A stretch of 64,000 nt of DNA, taken from NCBI GenBank assembly GCA_000320545.1, contig ADNK01001626.1, forward strand, positions 11,435-75,434, in the 5' to 3' direction. The position numbers and the translations under genes are program-made. The stretch comes from Bigelowiella natans CCMP2755. Lineage: Eukaryota; Protista; Cercozoa. The notes under the pieces were generated by a model that was not told the origin of the DNA, ran no database searches, and was given only the letters and a program-made list of their open reading frames with translations. Each line of letters begins with the position of its first letter. Position 1 is the first letter of the stretch. Of the stretch, positions 26,912-40,656 are shown piece after piece.

Positions 26912-27374
26912 GTGTCTATCATTGTTGAGCGGATCATTCCAGCATGGCACGATGATCACAATGCCAGAGTGCATGGCAAACCAACCGTGCAACAAATGGA
27001 CCAAATGGCTTGCACTTGCAAACGTCAAAGGTCATTGACAACTTTGAATGAACATGTCAAGTGTCTCGTGACACGAAAAATGGTTTGCACAATCCGGATG
27101 ACGTGTTCTGCTGCCAGTGACAGACATGGCACGAGCATTCTCTCGTTCTTTTGGTTGCTTTGAATTGCACTTTCAGGTTCACATGATCGTCAAGGAATCA
27201 ATTTTCAACAACGTTGCTCAAATTCTGAGAGGAAAGAAATCACCTCGAGGGTCATTCACATGATTCAGCCAACCCAGGAGACGAAGAAGAAGAAGAAGAA
27301 GAACGAGGAGGGGCAAGCCAGTTGACAAAGATGCTCAAATGTTGCTAGAATGGGTAAAATCCATGGGATTGTAA
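26912..27374 (+). pseudogene. Two-exon gene relic inside a TpA-free island
   Basis: Exon ...IIPAWHDDHNARVHGKPTVQQMDQMACTCKRQRSLTTLNEHVKCLVTRKM, phase-0 GT-AG intron 27083-27176, exon VHMIVKESIFNNVAQILRGKKSPRGSFT*FSQPRRRRRRRRTRRGKPVDKDAQMLLEWVKSMGL*. No TpA in 26919-27345. Confidence 0.55.
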
Positions 27375-27600
27375 GGGGGCGACATGCGTAAAATGTTGTC
27401 GTTCATTCAAATTGAAACGATGGTGATCAGGACAAATCTCACAGCGCTTCCTCACAGTGGCGATGTGTAGCGGCGTGGTGGGGAAAAGATGAGTAGGAGT
27501 GAGTAGGACTGATAGCAACACCTACGCAGCCGTTCGTACCTGAGGAGAAACAGACACATAGTGTCGAAGCTGCAGTGCACAATTGGAAATCTAGGCTTGG

Positions 27601-28166
27601 ATGATTATGCGTCTATTTGGATCTCACCCACTCCGATTAGTTGCACTTGGGGCCTTACTACTCGCAATATCACTTCTACTCTACGGCCATGCTCACCTAT
27701 TCTCCGTACATGCAAACACTTGGATGATAAACAGCTCGAGAAGTAATTGATGATTTGCCCGGATTCACCATGATATGTACACATTTGATCTGAATTTAAC
27801 TTTTGGTTAGATGTTCATTTCGATGACAGTTCTCGGAGTAGTAGTATGGGCAGAGGCAGTAGTAACAATGGTAGGGGTAGAAGTGATCGAAGCAAGGATC
27901 TTCCAAGTTTATCCGAAATTGGAAACGACATCGTGGCCGTGCCTTCGCGAAGGATTACCAATGGCGGCGGCGACAGCTCACAGCAGCCGTTGAATCTAGA
28001 AGAAAGAGTACGCTTGCTTGAGCTCAAGGTTGTTGCTGTCTATTTGCATGTTCTTATCCGTGTTTCCTCTCTTCTTTTTGCCTTTATTTTTCTTTTCTCC
28101 GCTCCTTCCTTTGCAAGTATGGCACTACCTGCTGCACCTGAACGACAGCATAAACAAATCGGCATG

Positions 28167-28212
<46 letters not shown>

Positions 28213-29439
28213 TTTATTTCATCAACGAGGAAGCCATTATCCAACAGATATGACAAACCTGAGTTGTGAATCAGACAGATCATTTTGCTGCTTTGCTTTA
28301 TGTTTGGGTCTTAGCTGAACTCTCACTTGAGTTGGTTGCGGAAACCCAGCTTTGGCTCGAGAAGGCAGGTCGTCGTTCGTACACAGTTTAAGGCTGCAAC
28401 AACACAATCTTCTTCTTCTTCTTCCTCTTCTTCTTTTTCTTCTTCATCTTCATCTTCATCTCTTGGGTGAGAAGTTATTTTAAGTCGAAATTTGTACCGC
28501 TATTATCCTCCCAGGCAACTTGTAAAGATGTCAAGTTGTATGGCGAGCAGTACGTCTGCTTAGATCATTTCCCTCCAAAGAATAGATCGTGCATTGTCTA
28601 CGATTTCGGTATTCGTGATCAGGTCGGCGCTACCCTTTCAATTCTAACTTGGTGTTTTCCACACGAAATCAAGAAAATCGGTTCATCCAACGATTTGATT
28701 CATTATTTTACATACTAATAATTCGCACCATATCACCATCATCATCATCATCATCATCGTCATTATAATCTGTCTACTATCTGACTGGCAGCCTGAATTT
28801 GGTGTGGAGATTGCTCGTAAACACAAATGCGAGGTACATATATTTGCATCGATGATCATGATACTCTTCTTATGTAATTCTGCGCTTTCAAAGAAAGATT
28901 GAATGGTACAGGGAAGAAGTTACATTTCTATATGACTACAAATCTCACTCATTCCAGGTTCACGCCTTCGATCCAAGCCCTGTCTCGTTGGAATGGTGGG
29001 AAAGCGAAAGTAAACAGACACCGCCATACTTCACATATCAAGGATATCTGAAATGACGACGACGAACTTCTCCTGACTTTCAATTCTCTACACCATCAGA
29101 AGAAAGGCTGAGTGAAGTTCCTGGATATCACTTTCACCCATACGGTGCTGGGGGGGTAACTATCGACGATAGGAAGAATAAGAAGAAAAGAAATTGATAT
29201 GATGTTTAATATCTTGAAGCCTCTTTTTGTCGCTCGATGATTGCTTACTACGCGTTAAATTTGGTATTTTTTTCAGATAAATGGCAATGTAAAATTGTAC
29301 GAGTATAGTTGGGAACAAGTAGCAAATATTAGAATTCCAGTCTCAGTGTCAGATAAATGTACCAAGGTTGCTTTTCCCACCTATGCAGCATGCATGATGA
29401 TGATGAAAGGTTATAACAAATACACACACACACACACAC

Positions 29440-29485
<46 letters not shown>

Positions 29486-30702
29486 AAACATATGTGTGTG
29501 TGTGTGTGTGTGTGTTTGTCATAATGGGTTTCATGAACTACCCTCAGGAAGCATGCGAATTAATGGAGGCCGAGCAGAAAGAATTCAAGGTAGAGATAGT
29601 ATGTATGGGAATAGAGAGAGGGAGGCAAGGGACATCTGCCGAAAGCAGAGAAGATCAGCTCGATTCGATATTAGTTTTTATTTGGGATTGTAATGGATCT
29701 TCTTTCCCCCCCCCTCATCTCATCCTCTTTTGATTAAAGCTGCCGGTCCGCACCTTTGAGAGCATCAAGAACGAGCTCGGCCATGCGAATAAAACGATAG
29801 ACATCGTGAAGCTTGATGTAGAAGGTCGTAGCTGTGACTGGTGATGATCATGATGATTTAGATGTGGCAGATCAGCAGCAGCAGCAGCAGCAGTAAATAA
29901 TGGATCCTGGAGGCTTAAAATGAAAACTGACAGACCTGTGTGTTTCGTAGGCTCTGAATGGGAATTTTTGCAGCAGCTTTTGGACCAGTAAACTACTATT
30001 CATGCCTTGTTTTTGAATAAAATAGGGTTTGCTGTTGCTTTTATCATCATCTGCATGATGTTTCGCTTGAATGTATAGAAGCCATACAAGCTTACTTACC
30101 GCATTTAATTTTCCAGGGGGTGTCCAGACATTGACCAGTTTACTATCGAATACCATCACTACACCTTTGATAACAGGTGATAATAATAGTGGTGGTGGTG
30201 AGGATCATGAGGATCGTACTGATTATTGGAGAGCTTTATTTCCAACAGGGAGATATCGATAAATTATAGGCTTACAAACTAATATCTACTTTTCTCAACA
30301 TATGCAGATATGGTGGTGATGCTTCTCCAGAGATTAACTTAATATCGACGTTGCTTCATGTCTGCGGTCTGAAATCGGTGATGTTTTTGCATTGCTTGTC
30401 CTTTTTTGTCTATCTACCACTGATAGCTTTGCTATACATTTTGACAGTATCAGCTTGATTACGAAATGGGTGGGTTCCCAGATGGAGCAAAACTTTACAA
30501 GGTTGTTGAAATAGGATGATTAGTCCTGAATCTATTGTCTCAATTTTTGCGATGTACATTTGGTTATTCATTGATAGAAATTTTCATCATGCAATAATTT
30601 CATCAGGATTACGGATTGCAGCTGTATTTCAATACCATATCTTATGCTAAGCACTTAAAGCCATGGAATGAGAATCAAAAAGAAGAGGAGGAAACTAACT
30701 AG
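27601..30702 (+). CDS. Membrane-anchored SAM-dependent methyltransferase (METTL24/Methyltransf_22/FkbM-like)
   Basis: N-terminal signal anchor LRLVALGALLLAISLLLYG; motifs YVCLDHFPPKNRSCIVYDFGIRDQPEFGVEIARKHKCEVHAFDPS and NELGHANKTIDIVKLDVEGSEWEFL; stop TAG at 30700-30702. Confidence 0.8.
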
Positions 30703-31375
30703 ATCGTGCACAGCATTCGATGTAATGAAATAAAATATTCTGATGTATCGTACAATTCGCTAGTCCACATCACACATGTAAACATGCATGGATGGACGCG
30801 GCACAGATTCTATGTTTTGTCGACATGCACAATATATATGTGCAAGCATCTAGTTTGCACTCGTAGCGAAATTCACCACACGGTGCTTGCAGTCTTATTC
30901 GTCAACATGCATGTAGCCTGTTCTAGTGCTGCTCGTCCATCTAGATTTGTATATGTGGTGAAAGTATGTTCATTAGGACAAGCATCATTTAGAAATATAC
31001 GTCGTCCATATATCAGATTAAGGAGCTGTGGGTATAGCTATATGTATGTGCAGTTGCATGGCACAACCAACTTTCGTCATTACTCTAGGATACTTATTGC
31101 TTTGCCGATACTTTGAGAATAAGCGCGAGCAGCATGTATGTGGACATTCTATGTTCACGAAGATTGTTTGATATCATATTGGTTATACTAAACCAACATT
31201 TAGATGGACAGAGATAAAGTTTTAACTCATTGCATTCCAATATATATCGAAAGAACAGTAGAATTTGCCGGCTTTCCAGCTTCGGCTAAAAAATGTCCTA
31301 ATTTTGTTATAATTTTTCGTCTTTGTCGCCCGCGCATCCCCAAATGCATTTTGCACCCAATTCCACTTGATTCAG

Positions 31376-33299
31376 CTAAAATTGGCTGCAGCTGAATTGT
31401 GCCAATATTTCTCTTGCTTTTGCAACAAGAGGATTATCTCTATGAAACGCTTTACCAGCCCTTGGTGAAACGCTTTTAAAAATACATTAGATTCAGAGTA
31501 CAGCAGAGAGACTTAATAATTGACTTACAATCTTAATGATCTTGCAGAAGCTGCACTTGGCCTTTTCCGACTGTATAATATATTGGTGTGAGTGAAGAAT
31601 TTGTTTTACTCATTTGAGGCGCAACTGCTCTGGAGCTTATGCTTCCATAAAGACTACCTTGGTGTTTCAAAGTTTCTACTCGTCATGTTCGGATTGTACG
31701 TATTTGGTCTCTGTTACGAATAAGTGTTAGTTGCATTTCATCTAAAGGATGATCTATTCACCTCTATTGTCGTAATAACGGGAATTCGACCGTCTGAAGT
31801 GCAGGTTCCACTTAAAGCAAATGCAATCAGGCGCGATCTTTTCTTCGGAGGATTTGAATTCACCCTGTCAAATAAAGGATCAATTTCTACATTATGCGAT
31901 GCACAAGTAAATTTCTCACATTTTTCTTTTGCGAAGAATGGAGGGCCTAGTAGCTGTTGCTCCGAAAAGTCCATTCGAGATTCGAGAAATGTACTCTCTA
32001 GAAGATCATCGTAATGGAAGGGTCAGACTTAATTGAGACAATTTGCTGGAAGATAACAAAAGTGGAGTAAACTAGCTATGGAACACCTGTTGTTGCTAGG
32101 ATAGAAACCTTCTGCGGCAAGAGATCGTCTGGACCCTCCCTGAAACAGCATGCAACGTAACGGCACCATTTTATTTCTGTAGTGTGGGGAGTGGCTTACT
32201 TCGCGGACACCATTATTCCTCGATAATGTGATCTTGTTGAAGTCCAGCTTTCTTACAGGTTTCCTGACTTTGCGTCGAGGTGGTCTTCCACGTTTAGCAG
32301 CTAATTTACCTTTTGCACCCTTATCACCATGCTTGCTCAGCAACCTTTTCAGAGTTGAATTCCAGCGATTCTTGATTGCATTATCCGTCCTGCCGTTTGT
32401 TCAATAATTTAGAACACATTGTTTTGGTAGAATCTAACTAAAGTACCTTCCGGGCAATCGTTTCGCAATCTCAGCCCACTTATTCCCGAGTTCCTGGTGA
32501 GCTTGGATGATAACCTCATCCTCTGCCTCAGTCCATGAAGCTTTGCAGATTGCTGGATTCAGATGATTGTACCATCTGAGCAGCAAAACATGGATTCACC
32601 GTGTTTACCTGTCAATTTCAACTTGAATATTACCTTTCTCGACATTGTTTGCCAAGCCTTCCTCCAACATGTTGCGCGATCAAAGACCATTTTTTCACGC
32701 CATACTTTTGGACCATCGCAATGACGAGCACATCCTCCTAATAAGTTATTCGTCAGTGGATCAGATCGCGAATGATTGCTTGCAAATATTCGAACACCTC
32801 TGTTGTCCAGGGCCCTTTCACAAGTCCAGGACGCAACACCTTCTGCCAGCGATGTAGGCATTGAACGTCTGTCTTTCTCCCTTGGAAACCTGCCTCCGCA
32901 ATTTGCTTCCAGTTTCTCCCATCGAATAACTCGACAGCTCTTCGCAATCGCGCATCCTATGTATAGGCGAGAGACAGAATTGTGATTTAGCGTCTTTAAA
33001 TATTATCATGTATATGAATCGTTATGGAACCAAATAAAAACGCCATGAAGCTATTCCCTCGTACCTCCTCTGCCGTCCAGCGGCCGCGAAAACGTTTAGT
33101 TTTTTTCTTCCTCGAATCCTGCGATTTGTTCATGCCAACGGTGTTCAGGAGTCACAGGGAGAAGCAGCGAGGGCACGGGTAATGCAGTTTCTAAGGTTGG
33201 GTTGCGTCTTTTATTGGGGTGGGCGGGTTGTTCCAGCAGTCGCCAAGGCCCTAACTCTTTTACGACAACCCGCGCTTTCATCAGTCACTCTCTTACCAT
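31376..33299 (-). CDS. MYB3R: R1R2R3 (3R) MYB transcription factor
   Basis: Three repeats: GRWTAEEDARLRRAVELFDGRNWKQIA...[111 protein letters not shown]. The first coding exon is probably the ATG alone (33297-33299). Confidence 0.92.
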
Positions 33300-33655
33300 G
33301 TTTCAGCCTTATTTCTACGATTTGTACGACACAAAAAATGTAGTTGCCGTTAATTATGTAATATATTATCTAATTGGGTCAGGTCGTTTAATATTTTCGA
33401 AGATACGATTTATATTCCTTTTAAATCTACGGAGAGGTTTAGATTTGAAGGCATTCAACTTGACCCCCTTTTTGCAGAAATACTTGTTCTAAAAAGAAGA
33501 TGCACTTTGTTCCAAAGGAATCTAAATTGGCTGCAAATAGATTTAAAAAACTTGATAATATATTTAATACGGTCAAATATGAATTGAAATTAAGGTAATA
33601 TTTCAACATTTTTTTCTTTGATAATCTTTTACATTTAATTTTAGGAATATTCAAA

Positions 33656-35428
33656 ATGGATGGGATTTCGTTCATAAATCTGCTAGGACATTGTATTGCG
33701 TCTCTTTCCCTCGCGGACAAACCTCTCAGCCTTTCAATCTAATACCGGCTATCTGTGTAGACTTTCAGACTCCCAAATCACTACATGTGCAGAATGATCT
33801 TGATTTTTGTACATGATATCTGCATAATTGCTTGGAAACTTCAGATAATTGAAGCAATTTCGTCTTTGAAAATATATTGAAATCCGGGATTCCTGTTATT
33901 ACTGTATATCCCCATTTTCGATGTTGCTCTGAAAACAGAGCATTTAAACCAAATTATGCAACTTAATCTTCAAGTTTTCGACCGAACATCGACTGCGAAT
34001 GTACTAAATTTCTTACAGAAATTGTCTCATATCCCGATATTCTAATTTTTTATCCCCAGTAGTATTCATTGAGTTTTAGCCATCGATTTGGATTAAGACT
34101 GGAAGTTGGAGCTTCAATCTAGCGTATGGATTTTCATGCGTCCATAGCTGTTGATTGGAGACAATTTTGAACGCGCAAAATAAAGTTTTAAAAATAAATA
34201 TCGTGACCTGTCTCAAAGCATAGAGTTCAGAACCTCGATCATTAGGTAACTCTCCCTCCTCGTGGAGCTCGCACGTGTTTCCAGTGCTAATGGTGTCTAC
34301 AGGATTAGATTTCCCATTCAAAATGTAGAATAAATTTGATTCGAAGGGGGTTAATCTTCTTTTCGGAATGTTGGGTGTAGATCCGATCTATTCCTCGAAA
34401 ACAACGTGTTTGTGTTCACAGGCTAGCAATGAAGAAAAGAAGTGGTTCGAAAGTGTCTATCGTGAAGAGGAGGAGAGAGGCAGAGCAACTTCTAATGAAC
34501 GCGGTACAACCTGATATTTTAAAAGCGCATACAATAGTCAAAATTTGATGTATGTGGAATGACTACTGAAGGTAAAGCAAGGAAAAGCCAATTTCCTTGA
34601 GAAAGACCTTCCAACGGACTGGCGTCCAACTCCCCCCATGCCACCATCTATGATAAAAATGGTAATGGCGAGTATTTGTGGGTATCGTTTCCCAATTGTC
34701 CTGAGGCAGTACGTACGGTGTAATAATAATCATAAAAGGTACTCTGGGATATGGATCGCACTCTGCTGAAAACACACACGAGGGGCCTATGGAAAGATGA
34801 TATTGCAAAACTAGCCGAAGAAGTCACACGAGCTTTCAAAATTGTGGTAAAATCTTGCACTCGTTTATGTGAAGAATGACAGCTTAAGTGCTCGTGTCAG
34901 GTTCCTCATTTATTACATCAAAAGTTTTCTGTGGGAATTGTCACGTTCTCTGATAAGCTACGTGTCAAAAGCGGAAAGGAAGGCATTGCTGGAGAAGATT
35001 TAGTCGGGGATCTAATTCTTGAAACATTCTCTGACTTGTACTCAAAAGTACGAAAGTTGAAAGACAACAAAGATTACGCGCGCAAGAATGCGGAGCACAT
35101 TCGAGACCAGCTCTACATAGCAGCTGCGCTACCAAAGCTTCGCAACCGTCAAGAGAATAAGGGGGCTGAAATGCCGAATTCGAAAAGTTGGCATATAGAT
35201 CAAGTGATCAAAGAATACAAGGAAAGAACAGGGTCGACGCTTTCCTATGACGAAATAATGTTATTTGACGATACCCTTGAAAATGTTGAAGCTGCATTGA
35301 AGTCTGGGGTTCATGCATTTGCAGTTCTACCAAAAAGTGCCTTCACTAGCTCGTGCTGGGAGGTCGCGTTAGAAGCGATAGTATCACCGAATAGCACCAA
35401 ATCAAGATTGGCCGGTAGAGAGAGATAA
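33656..35428 (+). CDS. HAD-superfamily phosphatase-like protein
   Basis: Spliced motif I MIKM|VLWDMDRTLLKTHTRG, motif II SVGIVTFSD, motif III K (NSKSWH), motif IV IMLFDDTLENVEAA. 5' exons uncertain. Confidence 0.72.
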
Positions 35429-35703
35429 TATTTACTTCGAGGATCTGGCTAGCCGTGATTCATCATTTGGTTTTGTAGTGATACAGAACATTTATTTGCA
35501 TGCATGATCTTCCAGATGATTTAGAACATAAACATGTCTAGATGTGCGTGCAGCAATCTCATAGTGCTAGAAGAAGATTAGCAGTTGTTAAGATGAGCTA
35601 TATGTGCACATATATGTATGAGACGGATGTAATGAATGGATTATTTTTTTTCAATTGTCATCCTAATGTAGCTGTGCAAAGCTGCGGCTACAGCACTTAA
35701 ATT

Positions 35704-35739
<36 letters not shown>

Positions 35740-36522
35740 TTACACATATGAAGGACATTATAGTGTTATTCGGCCCATCTGCTATTGTGGCAATATGTTA
35801 CTTAAATATGCCCTCAAATGTTAGCACCATCTAGCCATATACAGGCTGCCACCAGAGCTTGCACTAATAATATATTACATACATGAGTGCAGGGTGTCGT
35901 GAACCTATGGACTTGCCATCCACCACTTATCGAAGGGTGGTGGCAGTATCATTACGCTATGATAATTAGGTTGTGGGCACTTGCGCTATGATACCGATAT
36001 GCGAGCGCAATCTAGCAATATGTCGCGTGTGTATGCGCAGTCAGTCATCATCGTATATGCGTATGTGTCGCGCAGCATTTGCAAAGTGCGTGCAATGTCT
36101 AGTCATTGGTAAACGAATCGCACAAGCTAGTGCTATAGATGGCATCGTATATGGGACCCTATAGGTCCTATATTCGTATAACCGTGTTGCATTGCGCATA
36201 TATCAACCAAAGCAAAAGCGCCGTGTGTGGGAATTAATAAGGCGAATCGTCAAAAGCCAACTACTACACGGCCTAGCTCCTGCTTGTGAAATAACATCCA
36301 GATATACAGCTTTTTGCATGAAATAGCACGAGACAAGCTGAATAGATAGGTCCGGATTTTTATGTGTATGTAGGCAAATTGTGCAAATAAGCATCTCAGT
36401 CGTTTTCCATGTGCGCATCATTACATTAGGATATCTAGGTATACATCCACTAATATGGCCACATGCTCTAATCAGCAACATTCTACATACTCCAGCTCGG
36501 TATTACTGCTTTTGTCCTTATT

Positions 36523-37254
36523 CTAATCATAGTCCTCTTCGTCGTCGTCGTCGTCATCGTCAAGTTCCGATGAGACTTGTCGCTTCACGATGGCGCCGTC
36601 CTTCATTGGAAGCTCTACAGCTGACACTGGGACTGGCCATGTACCACCTGTGGAAATGTTTAGCGACTAATTAATTAAGAAAAAAATAGGTATCTCTACG
36701 ACTTTAAATAAATGGAAAAACAGATCTTGCTCTCTCCTAAGTGCGAATCGTTGCAACGCTGCTACTGCTGCCGTGTTCATATTTTCCCCCGAAAATTCTT
36801 AAATGAAGTCGTACTTATAACGCCAGCTTGTATGGCGACACCCATTGTTACGGCTAGCTCAGGGTCCACGCGTGTGTCCAATTCCTGATAAAAGCAAAAG
36901 AAAGTACGACAGCAAGATTCCTCATAAATTGGAGGTCTCACCCTATCGCATCCTATATTGGCTGCTCTCGCAGCACCACCACTTCAACGGAAATATGACT
37001 CTCATGACCGACAAAGCAATCTCGAAGAGAAGATGAAGAAAATCAATCGTGCCATTAGTAAGTAAGACCTTGCCACCGAAGTGCTCTGATATCAGTTCGC
37101 GTACCCTTCAATTTGACAATGTCGCCGTTCATTATGTTGTGTTGGGATGATCGTAATATGCAGCAACACAGAGAACACAGAGCTATTCTCTTCAAGATGT
37201 TTGCAGGTAAAATAATAGTTCAGCTACCAACCAATCCTCCTTCATTCATAAGGC

Positions 37255-37289
<35 letters not shown>

Positions 37290-38832
37290 CCATCGTTTAC
37301 CTTGGCACACGAGTTGAACCCCCCACAAGGACTATCGAGTCGATATCCGGCCTTGTTACCGAAGCCATCTCCAAAGCAGCATCCACAGGGACAAGAACCT
37401 TTCCGTAGACGACAACACCAATGCTATCATCATCATCATCATCACCGCTGCTATTATTACTAGGAAAAAAAATCTCCTTCACAGCTGCGGTTGAATGAAT
37501 GAATAAATAGATAAAACTAGTTGCAAAGTTGGAGATGTGGAGATTGGTACAATCACCTTCTTAAACAACTCCTTGTTGACGTCCTCAAACTCCTCTATGT
37601 AGTGGCAGCAATGTCCACACACACATACACACACACAGAGAGAGACAGAGAGAGAGATAGAGAGAGAGATAGAGAGGATCACGATTTAACATGTGTTTAA
37701 AAAGTTACATATTCGCAACAAGGGTGCTGAGTGATGATGCTGTCCTGTGTGAATGTTCGCACCGCGAGTGATGATAAGCTGAGCAACGTTCTCTCCGTCG
37801 CCAAGCTTTCGCATGGATATCTGGAAGGGGGGAAGGGGGGAGGAGGATGAAGTTGAGAGGTCCCATTGTAGCGCTGGCCCCTGGAATCGCAGGTATGCAT
37901 ATACCCCACTCGCTCGGACACCCCCCCCCCCCCCCCCCCCTCCCCCCGGTATAAACTGCAACCTGTGACTCTTTCTTGACGCTGAGCTCGATCTTTATCC
38001 GCTCGCACTCCTCCGTGAGCTGATTGAGAAGGAATTGGGAGATTTACTGGACGTTGACTTAATTTCGTTATACAATACATATGTTGTTGTTGCGGCACGA
38101 TTCCAACACGACACAAATGATAAAGCTGCTACCCTCTGAATATCTCCGGGTTCAACAAGATCCATCCTGAAGAATATGTATGCATACAAACAAGATATGC
38201 AGCAAACGTCTCAGCAGAAGCGATCAGGTTAGTTTTGCTGCGCTATTATCCACACAGCGAGGAAAGCTTCGGCTGAGATTTTAAATCGCTAATAGCGCCA
38301 TATCATCTTCTAGCCCTGTATAGCAATTGCGCAACTCTCCGCGTACCCATGTTCCTTATGAAGTCTTGCTGAAAGATGACGCCTTAATCGCCGATTGAAA
38401 TCCTGACCTCCAAGTCTATTATCTCCTGGAATGAAAGTGTGTGTGTGTGTGTGTGTGTGAGGGGGGGGGGGGGGGTATTGTGTCCGATCGAGTGGGATAG
38501 ATGCATACCTGCCATTCCAAGTACCCAAAACATCCCATTTCGCTTGCGCAGAAGCGATACGTCGAGCGTCCCCCCCCCCAGATCCACCACCATAACTAAC
38601 GATGTTCCTAGCAACGTGGTGATGGAGATGAGAACGTTTAGCCATTGAAAGATATGACGGAGTTAAGGTGTAGGGTGATGATGATGGCTATTCAATGATG
38701 GTGATGATGATGATGACGACAATGATGATGATAATGATGATGATGATGATGATGATGATATTGACGACAATGATGATGATAATGACGACAATGATGATGA
38801 TGATGACGACAATGATGATGATGATGACGACA

Positions 38833-38867
<35 letters not shown>

Positions 38868-40616
38868 CTCGGAATACCAGCTTCCTTGTCCACTCCGTAG
38901 GCAAGGGCTGCTGCCGTCGGCTGATGATCAAGATGAAGGGGATGTTATGCGAAGGAGCGACAACACCAGAAAGAAGATAGAGGAGGAGACTGATCATTAT
39001 TATTGCGCGGAGGATCATAGCTAACTCGTAGAAATGGCCATTCACAATCGTCTTTTTCATTCCTTCATTTACTTCTCAACTCCGCAATTTACTTCGCCAT
39101 CTCCCGACTACATCTTCGCATCACAAGCAATATATCTTCTTCTACCGTATTCACCTACCTCACTAACGATTCTCACCACGTGCAAGCCAGCGATTTCAGC
39201 AGCCCAGCTCGTAGCATTGCGCTGACTCGACCCGAAATCCGCGGGCACAGATATGACGGTCCTCTTCACCACTACCTGCACACACCAGTAAGTAGGATAA
39301 GCAATCAACCTCCTCGAAGTATTGTGATTTTGTCTCCTAGATTCCTGCATCTCTCTTGTCATCTCTCTCTTTCTCTCCTCCTCCTCCTCCTCATGTCCTT
39401 CCTCCTCAATGTAATCATCATCATCATCATCATCGTCGTCGTCATCACTACCGGCTGCATACTCGTGGACAGCTCTTCTTCAGCAGTTTCCCTGTGGGTT
39501 ATGATGTGCAGAGGTTGGAGGAGGGGGGGGGGGGGGGGGGGGGAGAGAACAAGGAGAGGGAGAGAATCAAAACTCATAAAAGACAGAGAAAGAAATCGAA
39601 GACATACGAAAGCAACACGTTCGTCGCTCGTCATTGCAAACAATAACAACAGTAACAACAGCAAGTGTAGGAATAGATCATAGAGGCATGCTGGTGCACG
39701 AGTATGAACGATGGAAGTGGTATACTTCAGCCTCTTGATGATGATAGCCCCTACTTCCTCAGGAGATATGTATGTTAAAGAAGAAGAAGAAGAAGAAGAA
39801 GAAGAAGAAGAAGCAATGGATTTTCCTTCCTCATTTCTCTTTTCTTCTTCTTGTTCTTCGGGAGACAACGGCGTGCCGTATGGAGTGGTTTCCGCATGCT
39901 CAACAGCAAAATGCACCGAGCCGTTGGATCTGAAAGAAGACAACGAAGAAATTAAGATGAAGAAGCTGTACCAGTGAGGAGGAATCAGAAAGGTTTGCAG
40001 CTACTAGGTGAACCACTCACAACGAGACAGAGTAGAGGGAGGAGTTTCTGCAGCAAATATTAGCACCTTCGAAAGAGTCGGAACGGATAGATTACTTGAA
40101 GATCGACCACTTCTTCCTCACTAAACGTCTTTCCTATAAATCTATTTCACGAAACCGCAAGGAACAGCAGGAAGATATAAATAAATAATATACCATATGC
40201 TCCGTGCAAGCACAATGAGAGATTGCTGGTCATTGTTTTCTTTATTTGTCTGTGTAGGGGAGGGAGAAGAGGCACCGCTTGGCATCGTAGAGAGTATTGT
40301 GGGGATTGACTTCGGCCTGTCGCCTGGCTTCCCGCCCAACAAGAATACCCTTATAATATTCAGAAGAATCATCATCCAAGTGTGTGCGCGTGAGTGTTCA
40401 ATACGTAACTTTTGTAACTTTTATACTAATTCGCACCGGACTGAAATTCTCTGTCGTTTACAGAAATCTCATGAACTCTCACGTGCTGACTATACATCTA
40501 AAGGAGACGGGTAGTACCTGAGGAGTGAAGGCTATTATAGATGGTATCGTTGTCTTGTTTTCCTCCGGCCTGAACACTATCCTTTCGCCTGTTCCAGCTG
40601 AAGGTAAATAGCGACG

Positions 40617-40656
<40 letters not shown>

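Noticed and set aside
38200-38290. TPP riboswitch (GCUGAGA and ACCUGAUC on the minus strand)
   Set aside because: Motifs are in the wrong order, P1/P4/P5 are missing, and the host gene is unrelated to thiamine.
38663-39060. Poly-M, poly-H and poly-S ORFs (also the CVCV, LSLS and YIYI ORFs throughout the window)
   Set aside because: Translations of intronic microsatellites.
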